Notes: generated by a model not told the origin, from the sequence alone. Counted from the stretch's first letter, positions 1 to 7,661 are shown. The stretch is DNA of 64,000 nucleotides from an uncultured virus (IMG/VR IMGVR_UViG_3300030117_006168) (IMGVR_UViG_3300030117_006168), one strand, 5' to 3'. Program-made: numbers and translations.

Positions 1-1
1 A

Positions 2-211
2 TTTTCAAATGAGGTTAATGCAAAATATCATGATATAAAATCATGGGCAATAGAAAATGAAAGCCTAGAAGAAAGAACAATTAGAATCCTAGAAAACGCA
101 GGAGTAGATAAAGCTTTGATAAAAAGAAAATTTCTTGTGCCTAGCGATTTCTATTTAACGCCTCAACAGGCAATTAATTATGGGGTTATAGATCATATTT
201 TAGAGAGGTAA
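2..211 (+). CDS. ClpP-like protease, C-terminal part (truncated by window edge)
   Basis: Manual translation ends ...FLVPSDFYLTPQQAINYGVIDHILER*, matching the ClpP C-terminal pattern D-x-[YF]-x-T-x-x-x-A-x-x-Y-G-[LIV]-I-D; catalytic Ser lies outside the window. Confidence 0.7.
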   Translation, partial: FSNEVNAKYHDIKSWAIENESLEERTIRILENAGVDKALIKRKFLVPSDFYLTPQQAINYGVIDHILER

Positions 212-213
212 AA

Positions 214-360
214 ATGCAACAGATAAGTCAACAAGTAATTAAAACTAAAAAAACTAAACTTACTAAAAAATCAAAAGGTTTAAAACATGAGAGGGTAAAA
301 CATCATGATAAGTCCACATATCGAAACTTTAAAAGGGAAAAGGAGGAAATAGGAGTATGA
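214..360 (+). CDS. small basic hypothetical protein (48 aa)
   Basis: ATG at 214 after GAGG; MQQISQQVIKTKKTKL...; stop overlaps next ATG (ATGA). Confidence 0.55.
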   Translation: MQQISQQVIKTKKTKLTKKSKGLKHERVKHHDKSTYRNFKREKEEIGV

Positions 361-536
361 TGACAAAAGACCAGGTAGAACAGAGAATTACAGAGCTTTA
401 TAGTCAAATTGCCACATCAAGAGCTGGTGTAGCTGAGGTACAAAGAGAATTAGATAGTTTAATTAAAATGAAATTTGATAATGAGGGCAACAGGATCTTT
501 GAAAATACTGAAACTAGAGGTTTATTACAGGGGTAG
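357..536 (+). CDS. small hypothetical protein (59 aa)
   Basis: AGGAG upstream, MMTKDQVEQRITELYSQ...GLLQG*; coiled-coil-like. Confidence 0.6.
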   Translation: MMTKDQVEQRITELYSQIATSRAGVAEVQRELDSLIKMKFDNEGNRIFENTETRGLLQG

Positions 537-554
537 TGTTGTAAAAATACAACA
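537..554. promoter_or_regulatory. 18-bp inverted repeat upstream of early promoter (putative operator)
   Basis: TGTTGTA-AAAA-TACAACA, followed by an A-tract and the -35 box at 576. Confidence 0.5.
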
Positions 555-575
555 AAAAAAAGATGAAAAAAGCTG

Positions 576-604
576 TTGACATTTCATCAATATGCCTATA
601 AAAT
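576..604 (+). promoter_or_regulatory. sigma70-type early promoter
   Basis: TTGACA-17bp-TAAAAT with upstream A-tract. Confidence 0.8.
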
Positions 605-610
605 GGTTTT

Positions 611-848
611 AACAGTTGAGATAGTTCTAAAAGATCATAAGTCTTAAATCAAGCAGATCAAGTCAGATAAATCGAAATGGTAGTTAGGTGGAAAAAGTAT
701 GACGACCTAACTTGATAAAGCTTCTACTTTGTCCAGCTTATCAAGATAGTGTTAGTAACAACTGTTTGAGATAAAAAGTTGTCGGCGGAGGACGAAAAAT
801 CTCCTTCACAGGAAGCCAAGACAATACCTAACTACGAAACCTTTTTTT
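611..848 (+). ncRNA. candidate structured non-coding RNA of unknown family
   Basis: Starts at predicted TSS, ends in a T-run, no credible ORF; complementary pairs 611-618/759-766, 680-689/826-835, 711-722/735-745, 779-790/801-824. Confidence 0.5.
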
Positions 849-859
849 TATTATGAATT

Positions 860-935
860 AGCGGTGTAGAGAAGTAGTCATCTCATCTGGCTCATATCCA
901 GAAGATCGCAGGTGCAAATCCTGTCACCGCAACCA
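860..935 (+). tRNA. tRNA-Met(CAT), initiator (fMet) type
   Basis: 76-nt cloverleaf: acceptor GCGGTG/CACCGC with A1xA72 mismatch, D stem GAGA/TCTC (A11:U24), anticodon stem TCTGG/CCAGA with loop CTCATAT, T arm GCAGG/CCTGT, encoded CCA. Confidence 0.93.
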
Positions 936-937
936 AT

Positions 938-1252
938 TTGAAAGATATTATGGGTACGATTAATACGGGCGTCAGATGGTCTAAAAAGACCAGAAAAATG
1001 TTGTTAAAGAACAAGACAAAAAAAGTTAAATTAACGGCTCAAAAATCACCCATTGAAATTAGACCCGTTTGCCCTCCTAGGCAAACTTATAGACCACCAT
1101 CTCTAAATTCTGGAGATGCCGTGGCACTTAAAAAAGACAATCAAGTTTATACTGGTAGTAATATGAAAGGCATTGGTACGTTGCATAAAAGCAACGCTGT
1201 GCCTATTTTTACTGATGAGGAAGCCAAAGATCAAGCAAACATGAGAAGATAA
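938..1252 (+). CDS. conserved T4-like phage hypothetical protein
   Basis: ORF with C-terminal YTG...KGIGTLHKSNAVPIF...ANMRR motif that I recognise from T4-like phage proteins; true start may be ATG 950. Confidence 0.7.
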   Translation: MKDIMGTINTGVRWSKKTRKMLLKNKTKKVKLTAQKSPIEIRPVCPPRQTYRPPSLNSGDAVALKKDNQVYTGSNMKGIGTLHKSNAVPIFTDEEAKDQANMRR

Positions 1253-1264
1253 TGCTTGACATTT
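1235..1264 (+). repeat. 30-bp direct repeat, copy 1
   Basis: GCAAACATGAGAAGATAATGCTTGACATTT; 28/30 identical to 1633-1662. Confidence 0.9.
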
Positions 1265-1284
1265 CAGGCAACCTCCATTAGGAT
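1256..1284 (+). promoter_or_regulatory. sigma70-type early promoter
   Basis: TTGACA-17bp-TAGGAT. Confidence 0.8.
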
Positions 1285-1317
1285 GGAATCATAGTTAAAC
1301 AGAAAAGGAAATACGAA

Positions 1318-1626
1318 ATGCTAACAGTTACAAATCTTACCTCCGTAGATTACTTAATTAGAAATCTTCCATTAGCTGATGCCACAATGTTGGGTGATAT
1401 TATCGCTGAAACAATTGAAGTTGTGAATGATGTTGCTGAGGTCCCTTATACTGAAGATGAGCTAAGAGGTTTTACCCTTATAGGGTTTGAGGATTTTCTA
1501 GCTGATCAAATTAATGAGCACTCTACTCTTGGTTTTCATGATCATGAGGACGAGAATGTGATCCGTTATGAAAGATTCGTAGAAATACTTGAAAGATTGA
1601 CTTACAGGGATGAAGAGGTTGCCTAA
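1318..1626 (+). CDS. acidic hypothetical protein
   Basis: 102-aa ORF, AAGGA SD, own promoter, flanked by direct repeats. Confidence 0.75.
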   Translation: MLTVTNLTSVDYLIRNLPLADATMLGDIIAETIEVVNDVAEVPYTEDELRGFTLIGFEDFLADQINEHSTLGFHDHEDENVIRYERFVEILERLTYRDEEVA

Positions 1627-1636
1627 TATTAGGCAA
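1619..1636. promoter_or_regulatory. perfect 18-bp palindrome upstream of early promoter
   Basis: TTGCCTAATATTAGGCAA equals its reverse complement. Confidence 0.5.
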
Positions 1637-1662
1637 ACATAAGAATATAATGCTTGACATTT
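1633..1662 (+). repeat. 30-bp direct repeat, copy 2
   Basis: GCAAACATAAGAATATAATGCTTGACATTT. Confidence 0.9.
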
Positions 1663-1682
1663 GGGTATTTAACCTGCATTAT
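1654..1682 (+). promoter_or_regulatory. sigma70-type early promoter
   Basis: TTGACA-17bp-CATTAT. Confidence 0.65.
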
Positions 1683-1715
1683 AAAACAGTACATTATAAC
1701 TATGAGGAAATATAG

Positions 1716-2156
1716 ATGTCTAAGATTAAATACAAACCGTATCAAAAACTACTGATTTTGTTTTTCAATAATAAAGACGAAAAAGGTAGAGCTAAAGTTA
1801 CAGTAGATGAAATAGATTCTACTATGGCTGATCAAATTCATATGTATAGATTGTCAACATACATTTGGCATATCAAAACAAATGTGAATGGTGTTGTGCG
1901 AAGTATTCGTGGCGACACACCAGAAACAAAACGAAAGGTCGTTGCTTACGAATTATGCAATGTGAACGAGGTAGCAGACAGACTCAAAGTAATGGGTATT
2001 ATGAATGCTAGTCAAACTTTCATTGACATACCAGTAAAGACTTTAAAAAAGTTTCGCCCTAAAAAAGTGAAAAAATTAACTGATTTAAATGCTCAGTTAT
2101 CTGATTCTTTAAAAGCCATTGAAACAACAGAAAAAGTGGAAGAGAGGGTCATATAA
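1716..2156 (+). CDS. hypothetical protein, possibly winged-helix DNA-binding
   Basis: 146 aa, basic, GAGGA SD; helix (YRLSTYIWHIK) followed by beta-hairpin-like KVVAYEL; fold is a guess. Confidence 0.6.
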   Translation: MSKIKYKPYQKLLILFFNNKDEKGRAKVTVDEIDSTMADQIHMYRLSTYIWHIKTNVNGVVRSIRGDTPETKRKVVAYELCNVNEVADRLKVMGIMNASQTFIDIPVKTLKKFRPKKVKKLTDLNAQLSDSLKAIETTEKVEERVI

Positions 2157-2914
2157 TGAGATTAGTTTCTTTTGCTTTGGCTATGGCCATAACCACTAGC
2201 GCTTTTGCTCTTGATCGTAATTACCCAATGGCAAAGTCAGAAAATTCTATTGAAGCTCAAGGCACTTATTATTTTGGGCCAGAAACTTCAGAGAATTTAG
2301 CTTGTTCATTGGCTGAAGAAAGAGCAAAAGAAGCCGCCATTTTAAAGAAAGTTGGTGAGATAGTAGAGTTGATGGAAGTACAAACTTGCCGTAATGAAGA
2401 TTGTGAAACATCAAGAGAATTTGCTAACACTTTGACTGGTGCTATACGAAAAATAATTTCAAGAAAAATTGAAAAGATCATTGAACAAGGTAAATCATCT
2501 TGTATTGTAACGATTCAAGCTGAAGTTGATGAGGTAAGAAATCAAACAGTCTTTTATATACAAAATGAGTCTTTTCAATTTAAAAACAATGAGAACATTC
2601 AATTTGTAGGTGTTGCAAATAGAAAAGGTAAACTTATTGTTTTTCATCAATCTGATACCGTTTACACAAAGTTTTATGAAACTACTGTAAACAAAGTAGG
2701 TAGTCAATTTAAGATACCTAATAACGGTAAAAAGATAATCGCAAAATTACCTGAAGGTAAAGATTTATCTAAAGAAAGATTGATGTTTTTGTTTTTAGAG
2801 GTTGACATTCCAGTAAAACAGGTATATACTCATAATGAGATACAGAAGTTTGTTGAAAACGTACCTGTATTACAAAGGCGTGTTGTTTATCATTCAACTC
2901 AAATTGTGAGGTAA
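2156..2914 (+). CDS. exported protein (LPP20/FlgT-N-like N domain, DUF4384-like C domain)
   Basis: Sec signal peptide ending AFA; ACSLAEERAKEAAI helix, paired Cys; domain names tentative. Confidence 0.6.
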   Translation: MRLVSFALAMAITTSAFALDRNYPMAKSENSIEAQGTYYFGPETSENLACSLAEERAKEAAILKKVGEIVELMEVQTCRNEDCETSREFANTLTGAIRKIISRKIEKIIEQGKSSCIVTIQAEVDEVRNQTVFYIQNESFQFKNNENIQFVGVANRKGKLIVFHQSDTVYTKFYETTVNKVGSQFKIPNNGKKIIAKLPEGKDLSKERLMFLFLEVDIPVKQVYTHNEIQKFVENVPVLQRRVVYHSTQIVR

Positions 2915-2916
2915 TT

Positions 2917-3054
2917 ATGAAATATATTATGGTTTTGTTAATTACTATCTTTGTTACCGGTTGTGGTACAATAGGTGGTGCAGTAGATGGTGCTGGTGAT
3001 GATCTAAAAAGAGCTGGCAAGTATGTTAAAAACATTGGAAAGGACGATAAATGA
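2917..3054 (+). CDS. entericidin EcnA/B-like small lipoprotein (not in ORF track)
   Basis: GAGG SD; MKYIMVLLITIFVTGC-GTIGGAVDGAGDDLKRAGKYVKNIGKDDK; lipobox VTGC and C-x-T-x-x-G...G-x-D-[LI]-x-x-x-G pattern. Confidence 0.75.
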   Translation: MKYIMVLLITIFVTGCGTIGGAVDGAGDDLKRAGKYVKNIGKDDK

Positions 3055-3644
3055 ATAAGAAATTATTGATTATTCCGATTGTGTTAGCCTTATCTGCTTG
3101 TAGTAGTGTGAAGTATGACACAGGCTTTGAGTACAAAGCACCAGAGTTTGGTGGTGGTGACCAAGGCGATCAAGTAAAATATCCAGATTGGTATGATAAA
3201 CTTGAGGTTGATAATGAGAACCTTCACGCTGTAGCTACTGAATTTTCAAATGACTTTCAGTTTGCTGTTGATAAAGCTATGTTGTCAGCTAAACGTGAGT
3301 TAGCATCAAATTTTTCATCCCATGTTGAGGCAATGATGAAAGATTTTACATCAGAGTTAGGCGATGTAGATGTTTCAACAGCCAATGACATAAACAGAAC
3401 CACAAAGTTGGTCGTATCAAGAGTTAATCTTGTTGGTGTTCAGCGTTCTAATTTTAAGGTTGTGCATGAAAAAGCTGGTTATCGTGCTTTTGTAAAACTC
3501 AAGTATTCGTCTAGTTTATCGAATAAACTTATACTTGAACAAATCAAAAGAAATTCAAAACTCAAGGCTAAGTTAGAGTCTACTGAAAAGTTCAAAGAGC
3601 TTGAAGAGTCAGTTGAAACCATTAATAATGGAGAAGTTACATAA
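3051..3644 (+). CDS. LPP20-like lipoprotein
   Basis: Lipobox LSAC, P-x-W motif (YPDWY), AVDKAMLSAKRELA helix. Confidence 0.7.
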   Translation: MNKKLLIIPIVLALSACSSVKYDTGFEYKAPEFGGGDQGDQVKYPDWYDKLEVDNENLHAVATEFSNDFQFAVDKAMLSAKRELASNFSSHVEAMMKDFTSELGDVDVSTANDINRTTKLVVSRVNLVGVQRSNFKVVHEKAGYRAFVKLKYSSSLSNKLILEQIKRNSKLKAKLESTEKFKELEESVETINNGEVT

Positions 3645-3645
3645 A

Positions 3646-4221
3646 ATGAACATATTTTATTTACACAAAGATCCTCAAGAGTGTGCTAGATTACATTGTG
3701 ATAAGCACGTTGTAAAGATGATTATAGAATATGCTCAACTTTTATCGACAACTCACCGTGTTTTAGATGGTGAGTTGTTTTTCGATAAAGCTAAAAATGG
3801 TCGTAAGTTAAGAAGGTTTAAATTACCTGATGAAAGAGATCAAAAATTAATGTTGGCTGTTCATGAAAATCACCCATCAAATATCTGGTTGCGACAATCT
3901 AGAGAAAATTATATATGGCTCTGGACAATGTGGTATCACTTAAATAGAGAATATACATATAGATATGGTAAGATACATTCTTGTATGAGATTATTGATGG
4001 ATTTAGTGCAAGCGCCAAAAAATATACCAAATGGTAAATTTACACCGCCTACACCAGCGATGCCAGAGGAATGTAAAATTGCCGGTGATTCTCTAGGGTC
4101 ATATCATAAGTATTACATAGAGAAGAAAAATTATTTTGCCAAGTGGACTAAAAGAGAAATACCATCTTGGTATACTGAAGGACTAAATAAATATAATGCC
4201 AACATACCTATTTCACAATGA
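3646..4221 (+). CDS. pyrimidine dimer DNA glycosylase (DenV-family)-like protein
   Basis: MNIFYL...HCDKHVVKMIIEYAQLLST, HENHPSNIW, YTYRYGKIH motifs; start moved to ATG 3646. Confidence 0.75.
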   Translation: MNIFYLHKDPQECARLHCDKHVVKMIIEYAQLLSTTHRVLDGELFFDKAKNGRKLRRFKLPDERDQKLMLAVHENHPSNIWLRQSRENYIWLWTMWYHLNREYTYRYGKIHSCMRLLMDLVQAPKNIPNGKFTPPTPAMPEECKIAGDSLGSYHKYYIEKKNYFAKWTKREIPSWYTEGLNKYNANIPISQ

Positions 4222-4504
4222 AGATACTGGTGAATTTTTTGAAGATTTTTTATCTAATTCACGCCGAGAATCCCTGCTCGAAAAAAATCCCCATATTAAA
4301 CAAGTGCCGGCTCCATTTGCAATTACATCAATGACCGGTAATATGCACTCTAAAGTTCCCGATGGTTTTAAAGACGTTTTATCTAAAGTGGCTGAAGCTC
4401 ATCCAGAGAGCACAGTAGGTCAAAGATATGGCCGAAAGTCAATTAAAGAGATTAAATCTAGAGAAGTTATAAAGCGCCATGTGAACAAATGGAAAAACAC
4501 CTAA
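4196..4504 (+). CDS. FmdB-like small regulator, conserved in T4-like phages
   Basis: MPTYLFHNEDTGEFFE N-terminus (MPTY-x-F pattern, Zn-ribbon cysteines absent), VPDGFKDVLSKV. Confidence 0.65.
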   Translation: MPTYLFHNEDTGEFFEDFLSNSRRESLLEKNPHIKQVPAPFAITSMTGNMHSKVPDGFKDVLSKVAEAHPESTVGQRYGRKSIKEIKSREVIKRHVNKWKNT

Positions 4505-4508
4505 TTTT

Positions 4509-4799
4509 GTGGAGAAATTATACATGATGATAACTTTACTAAAGGAAATGCTTATGTATAGACGTTCAATGCAAATAGAAATGAGAAACGAGAAAATTCA
4601 CAATAAACCTAAAAAAATTAATCAAGAATTAGGTATAACAGAAGATTTATGGAGTCCAGAAAACATTGCAAAGAACAGAGAGGCATTAAGAAGAAAAAGT
4701 TGTCCATGGGAATTCAAAGGTATGACTCAAACAGAGTGGTATGAAGAGGGTAGAAGAGAATATTACAAATTTGGTTGTTGGGGTGAAGGAACAGCTTAG
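4509..4799 (+). CDS. hypothetical protein
   Basis: ORF filling the gap in the operon; start uncertain. Confidence 0.55.
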   Translation: MEKLYMMITLLKEMLMYRRSMQIEMRNEKIHNKPKKINQELGITEDLWSPENIAKNREALRRKSCPWEFKGMTQTEWYEEGRREYYKFGCWGEGTA

Positions 4800-4804
4800 A
4801 TAAG

Positions 4805-5491
4805 ATGAATAAATTTAAATTATGTAAATTAGAATCATTAGATTTTGATTTAAAAACACAAACAACAGAACAAGGAAGGCGCTACATCACACCAAGTGGT
4901 GATGCCTATCCTTCTGTTACAACAGTTCTATCAGAATACAATAAAAAAGCCATACTAGAATGGCGTCAAAGAGTTGGCGCTGAAGAGGCAAATAAAATCT
5001 CAAGAGTGGCTGCTAATCGTGGCACAAGAGTACATTCTTTATGTGAAAATTATCTTTTAAATAAACTTACAGAGTTAAAAGAACAAAGTTTGATGCCTGA
5101 TGTAAAACAAATGTTTAGTAGTATAAAACCAATAATGGATACAAACATTGGTGATGTTTATGCAACTGAACAAGCTTTATATTCTAATGTAATGAAGTTA
5201 GCAGGGCGAGTGGATTGTATAGCCGATTGGCAAGATGAATTAGCTGTTATAGATTTTAAAACGTCCAGTAAACCAAAAAAAGAAGAGTGGATCACAAATT
5301 ATTTTATGCAATGTGCCGCTTACGCTGAAATGTTTACAGAATTAACCAATAAGCCGGTAAATAAACTTGTGGTTTTAATAGCTGTTCATGATGAAGAGCC
5401 ACAATTTTTTGTAAAAGAAAAAAAAGATTATATGCAATCTCTTTGGCAATATATCGACAAATATTGGTCTAAGAGTATTGACAATTCATAA
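4805..5491 (+). CDS. PD-(D/E)XK (RecB/Cas4-like) exonuclease
   Basis: YPSVTTVL, RGTRVH, AGRVDCI, IDFKTS, QCAAYA motifs. Confidence 0.9.
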   Translation: MNKFKLCKLESLDFDLKTQTTEQGRRYITPSGDAYPSVTTVLSEYNKKAILEWRQRVGAEEANKISRVAANRGTRVHSLCENYLLNKLTELKEQSLMPDVKQMFSSIKPIMDTNIGDVYATEQALYSNVMKLAGRVDCIADWQDELAVIDFKTSSKPKKEEWITNYFMQCAAYAEMFTELTNKPVNKLVVLIAVHDEEPQFFVKEKKDYMQSLWQYIDKYWSKSIDNS

Positions 5492-5506
5492 TTCAGCAGT
5501 TACAAT
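5478..5506 (+). promoter_or_regulatory. sigma70-type early promoter
   Basis: TTGACA-17bp-TACAAT. Confidence 0.85.
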
Positions 5507-5536
5507 GAATTATATTATGAAAAAGTGAGGTATGAA

Positions 5537-5737
5537 ATGCCGTTTATTACTGAAACAGTTGAAAATTTAAAAACACAAACAGATGAAGTTATGAATACAG
5601 GTGATACATCTGATGTTGTATTCGTCATGCTGATTGTAATCGTGTTGTGGGCTTTTTCAAAGTTTACAGCTTTTATATTAAAAGGAATAGGTGCAGTAAT
5701 TCTAGCACTTGGATTTTACACATTATTTTTTGCATAG
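5537..5737 (+). CDS. small membrane protein (two TM segments)
   Basis: GAGG SD before ATG 5537; two hydrophobic stretches. Confidence 0.65.
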   Translation: MPFITETVENLKTQTDEVMNTGDTSDVVFVMLIVIVLWAFSKFTAFILKGIGAVILALGFYTLFFA

Positions 5738-5747
5738 GAGAAAAAAA

Positions 5748-6248
5748 GTGGCAACTTTAAGACTTGAATTTACAAATGATGAAAACTCTAAATCAATTGA
5801 AATTTCATCTGATGTTAATAATTTAGAGGAGGTTGATAATCTCATAACAGATTTTAGATCATTGATTGTGAGAGAAAAATTTACAGCTGAAGCTGATGAC
5901 GAAGATCAATTAAATTTTGAATTTGATGGACAAACACTCATGTATGCTGATGGTGGGGGACAACTAAACGGTCAATATGGTACATCTACTGATACTAAAA
6001 CAACATGGGAAAAAGTCGTTGATCAAGAGGTAAAATATCGTGAACTCGATAACTCTAGGCTAACTGATGAAGAGGATTTAAAAACCACTTGGCCTTTTCC
6101 AAAAGAAAGACCAGCTGACTCTGGATTATATGATAGACTAGATAGACCTGCTCAAGCTACTTTAAGAGTTGATAGTGATAGTAAAGATGAGGATCCTGAA
6201 TATTTTTCAGCTTCTGATTACAGATCCGCTTATTATGGCGGTGCGTAA
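5748..6248 (+). CDS. acidic hypothetical protein
   Basis: AGGAG SD then GTG at 5748, in frame with listed ORF. Confidence 0.65.
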   Translation: MATLRLEFTNDENSKSIEISSDVNNLEEVDNLITDFRSLIVREKFTAEADDEDQLNFEFDGQTLMYADGGGQLNGQYGTSTDTKTTWEKVVDQEVKYRELDNSRLTDEEDLKTTWPFPKERPADSGLYDRLDRPAQATLRVDSDSKDEDPEYFSASDYRSAYYGGA

Positions 6249-6251
6249 CAA

Positions 6252-6476
6252 ATGGCCACAAAAGATGAAATGAGAAAATTTGCTGTGGCTATAGAAGGTA
6301 AAGTGGCAAATACAGACTACACTTATCTAGAAGCAATTGTAGAATACTGTAAAGAAACTGAACTAGAAATAGAAGTCGCAGCTTCTCTTGTAAATGCTAA
6401 TTTAAAATCTAAGATAGAATTACAAGCGAGTGATTTGAATTTACTTAAAACAAAGGACTCTAAGTTACCAATATGA
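6252..6476 (+). CDS. 33: late promoter transcription co-activator gp33
   Basis: YLEAIVEYC...EIEVAASL...LKSKIELQASDLNLLK; upstream of gp59 as in T4-like phages. Confidence 0.9.
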   Translation: MATKDEMRKFAVAIEGKVANTDYTYLEAIVEYCKETELEIEVAASLVNANLKSKIELQASDLNLLKTKDSKLPI

Positions 6477-7081
6477 CCGGATATGAAACATTTGCTCTTT
6501 ACAATTCTTTAAAATTGCATTTTACAAAAGATAGTTTTGACTTCTTTAAGTATGGTGGTAAGTCTAGAATATCTGTTAATGCTTTTGAAAACAGAAAAGA
6601 CAAATGGTTCTTTTACAAAATCTCAAGGAGATATATAAAAAGAGAAGAACTAATTTCATTCATGGTTTCTAATTTATTGGAAAACGAGAATTTATGGATT
6701 GGTGAACTACTAGAAGAAAAATCAAACAAAGTATATCTAAAAAGACAAAAGGTTATTCAATCTCTATCCTACACTTTTAAAAATGATTGTTTAAATTTAT
6801 TTGAGGGTGCAGAAAATCCGAATGATGTATTAAAAACATCAGGTGACTACCCAATACTATTAAAAAAGGCATTACAAAAGGAGGTCGAGATTGAAACCAT
6901 ATGTATTTTAAATTCTCTTCTTAAATTCTTTAAAACTTGGAATCAAAAAATAACTGATACAATTAGATGGCCTGAATATTGCCGAAAAATTAATAAGTAT
7001 GCCCCATTTTTAAAATATAATGATGTACAATATAAGCTGATTTTAAAAGAGATTATAAATAAAGAACATGAAAAAGTTTAA
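6473..7081 (+). CDS. 59: helicase loader gp59
   Basis: Y-x-x-LKLHF, FDFFKYGGK, F-x-x-RKDKWFF; synteny 33-59-32. Confidence 0.9.
   Translation: MTGYETFALYNSLKLHFTKDSFDFFKYGGKSRISVNAFENRKDKWFFYKISRRYIKREELISFMVSNLLENENLWIGELLEEKSNKVYLKRQKVIQSLSYTFKNDCLNLFEGAENPNDVLKTSGDYPILLKKALQKEVEIETICILNSLLKFFKTWNQKITDTIRWPEYCRKINKYAPFLKYNDVQYKLILKEIINKEHEKV
7054..7061 (+). promoter_or_regulatory. T4-type late promoter
   Basis: TATAAATA 6 nt before ATG 7068. Confidence 0.7.
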
Positions 7082-7616
7082 GACATTATATAACGAATCT
7101 AGTTTAAGTAGAGTACACGCTCATACGCAAGGCAGAAATATAGGTATGATAACTGCCCATCGTGGTGAGTTTACTGCTTCTGAAAATAAATCTAGAAATA
7201 AATCATTAGAGAAAGATATTCGTAAAGCTGGTCATGGCTTCATACGAGTAAAGGGTCGTTATATTGAAAATCATGGTACACCACAGGCAAGACCAGTTGA
7301 TGAACATTCTTACCTAGTTGTTGGTAAAAAAGGTAAAGATGGTGGTGCATTAAAAGGCTTTCTCAAGAAGCATGGCGAAAAATACGGACAAGACTCTGTA
7401 TTACATAAAGCTCATGATTCTAATGATGCACATTTACATGGTACCAAAGAAGGTGGTTATCCAGGTAAAGGCAAGAAAGAAAGTGTTGGAACTTTTCACC
7501 CAAATCGTGCAGGAGAATTTCATACTGCTATGAGAGGGCATAGAACATTTGCATTTGAAGAGGTGAATTTTACATCACCAGTTACATTTTCTTCAAGGCA
7601 AGAAACCGAATTTTAG
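7068..7616 (+). CDS. late hypothetical protein, putative internal head protein
   Basis: MKKFKTLYNE N-terminus resembling capsid-targeting leaders; basic and His/Gly-rich; late promoter. Confidence 0.7.
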   Translation: MKKFKTLYNESSLSRVHAHTQGRNIGMITAHRGEFTASENKSRNKSLEKDIRKAGHGFIRVKGRYIENHGTPQARPVDEHSYLVVGKKGKDGGALKGFLKKHGEKYGQDSVLHKAHDSNDAHLHGTKEGGYPGKGKKESVGTFHPNRAGEFHTAMRGHRTFAFEEVNFTSPVTFSSRQETEF

Positions 7617-7645
7617 TTGACAACTAAAATAAATTATATTATGAT
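7617..7645 (+). promoter_or_regulatory. sigma70-type promoter for gp32
   Basis: TTGACA-17bp-TATGAT. Confidence 0.85.
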
Positions 7646-7661
7646 ATGTAAGTGGACAAGT

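Noticed and set aside
611..848. Hammerhead ribozyme or tmRNA identity for the ncRNA
   Set aside because: ATGACGA and CGAAAC are present but flanking stems do not form the hammerhead core; no tRNA-Ala-like ends or tag frame
2769..3035. 88-aa minus-strand ORF from the track
   Set aside because: Overlaps the better supported plus-strand entericidin-like gene, which has SD and lipobox
4805..5491. Cas4-like nuclease as part of a CRISPR system
   Set aside because: No array or other cas gene, no Fe-S cysteine set; standard T4-like phage exonuclease
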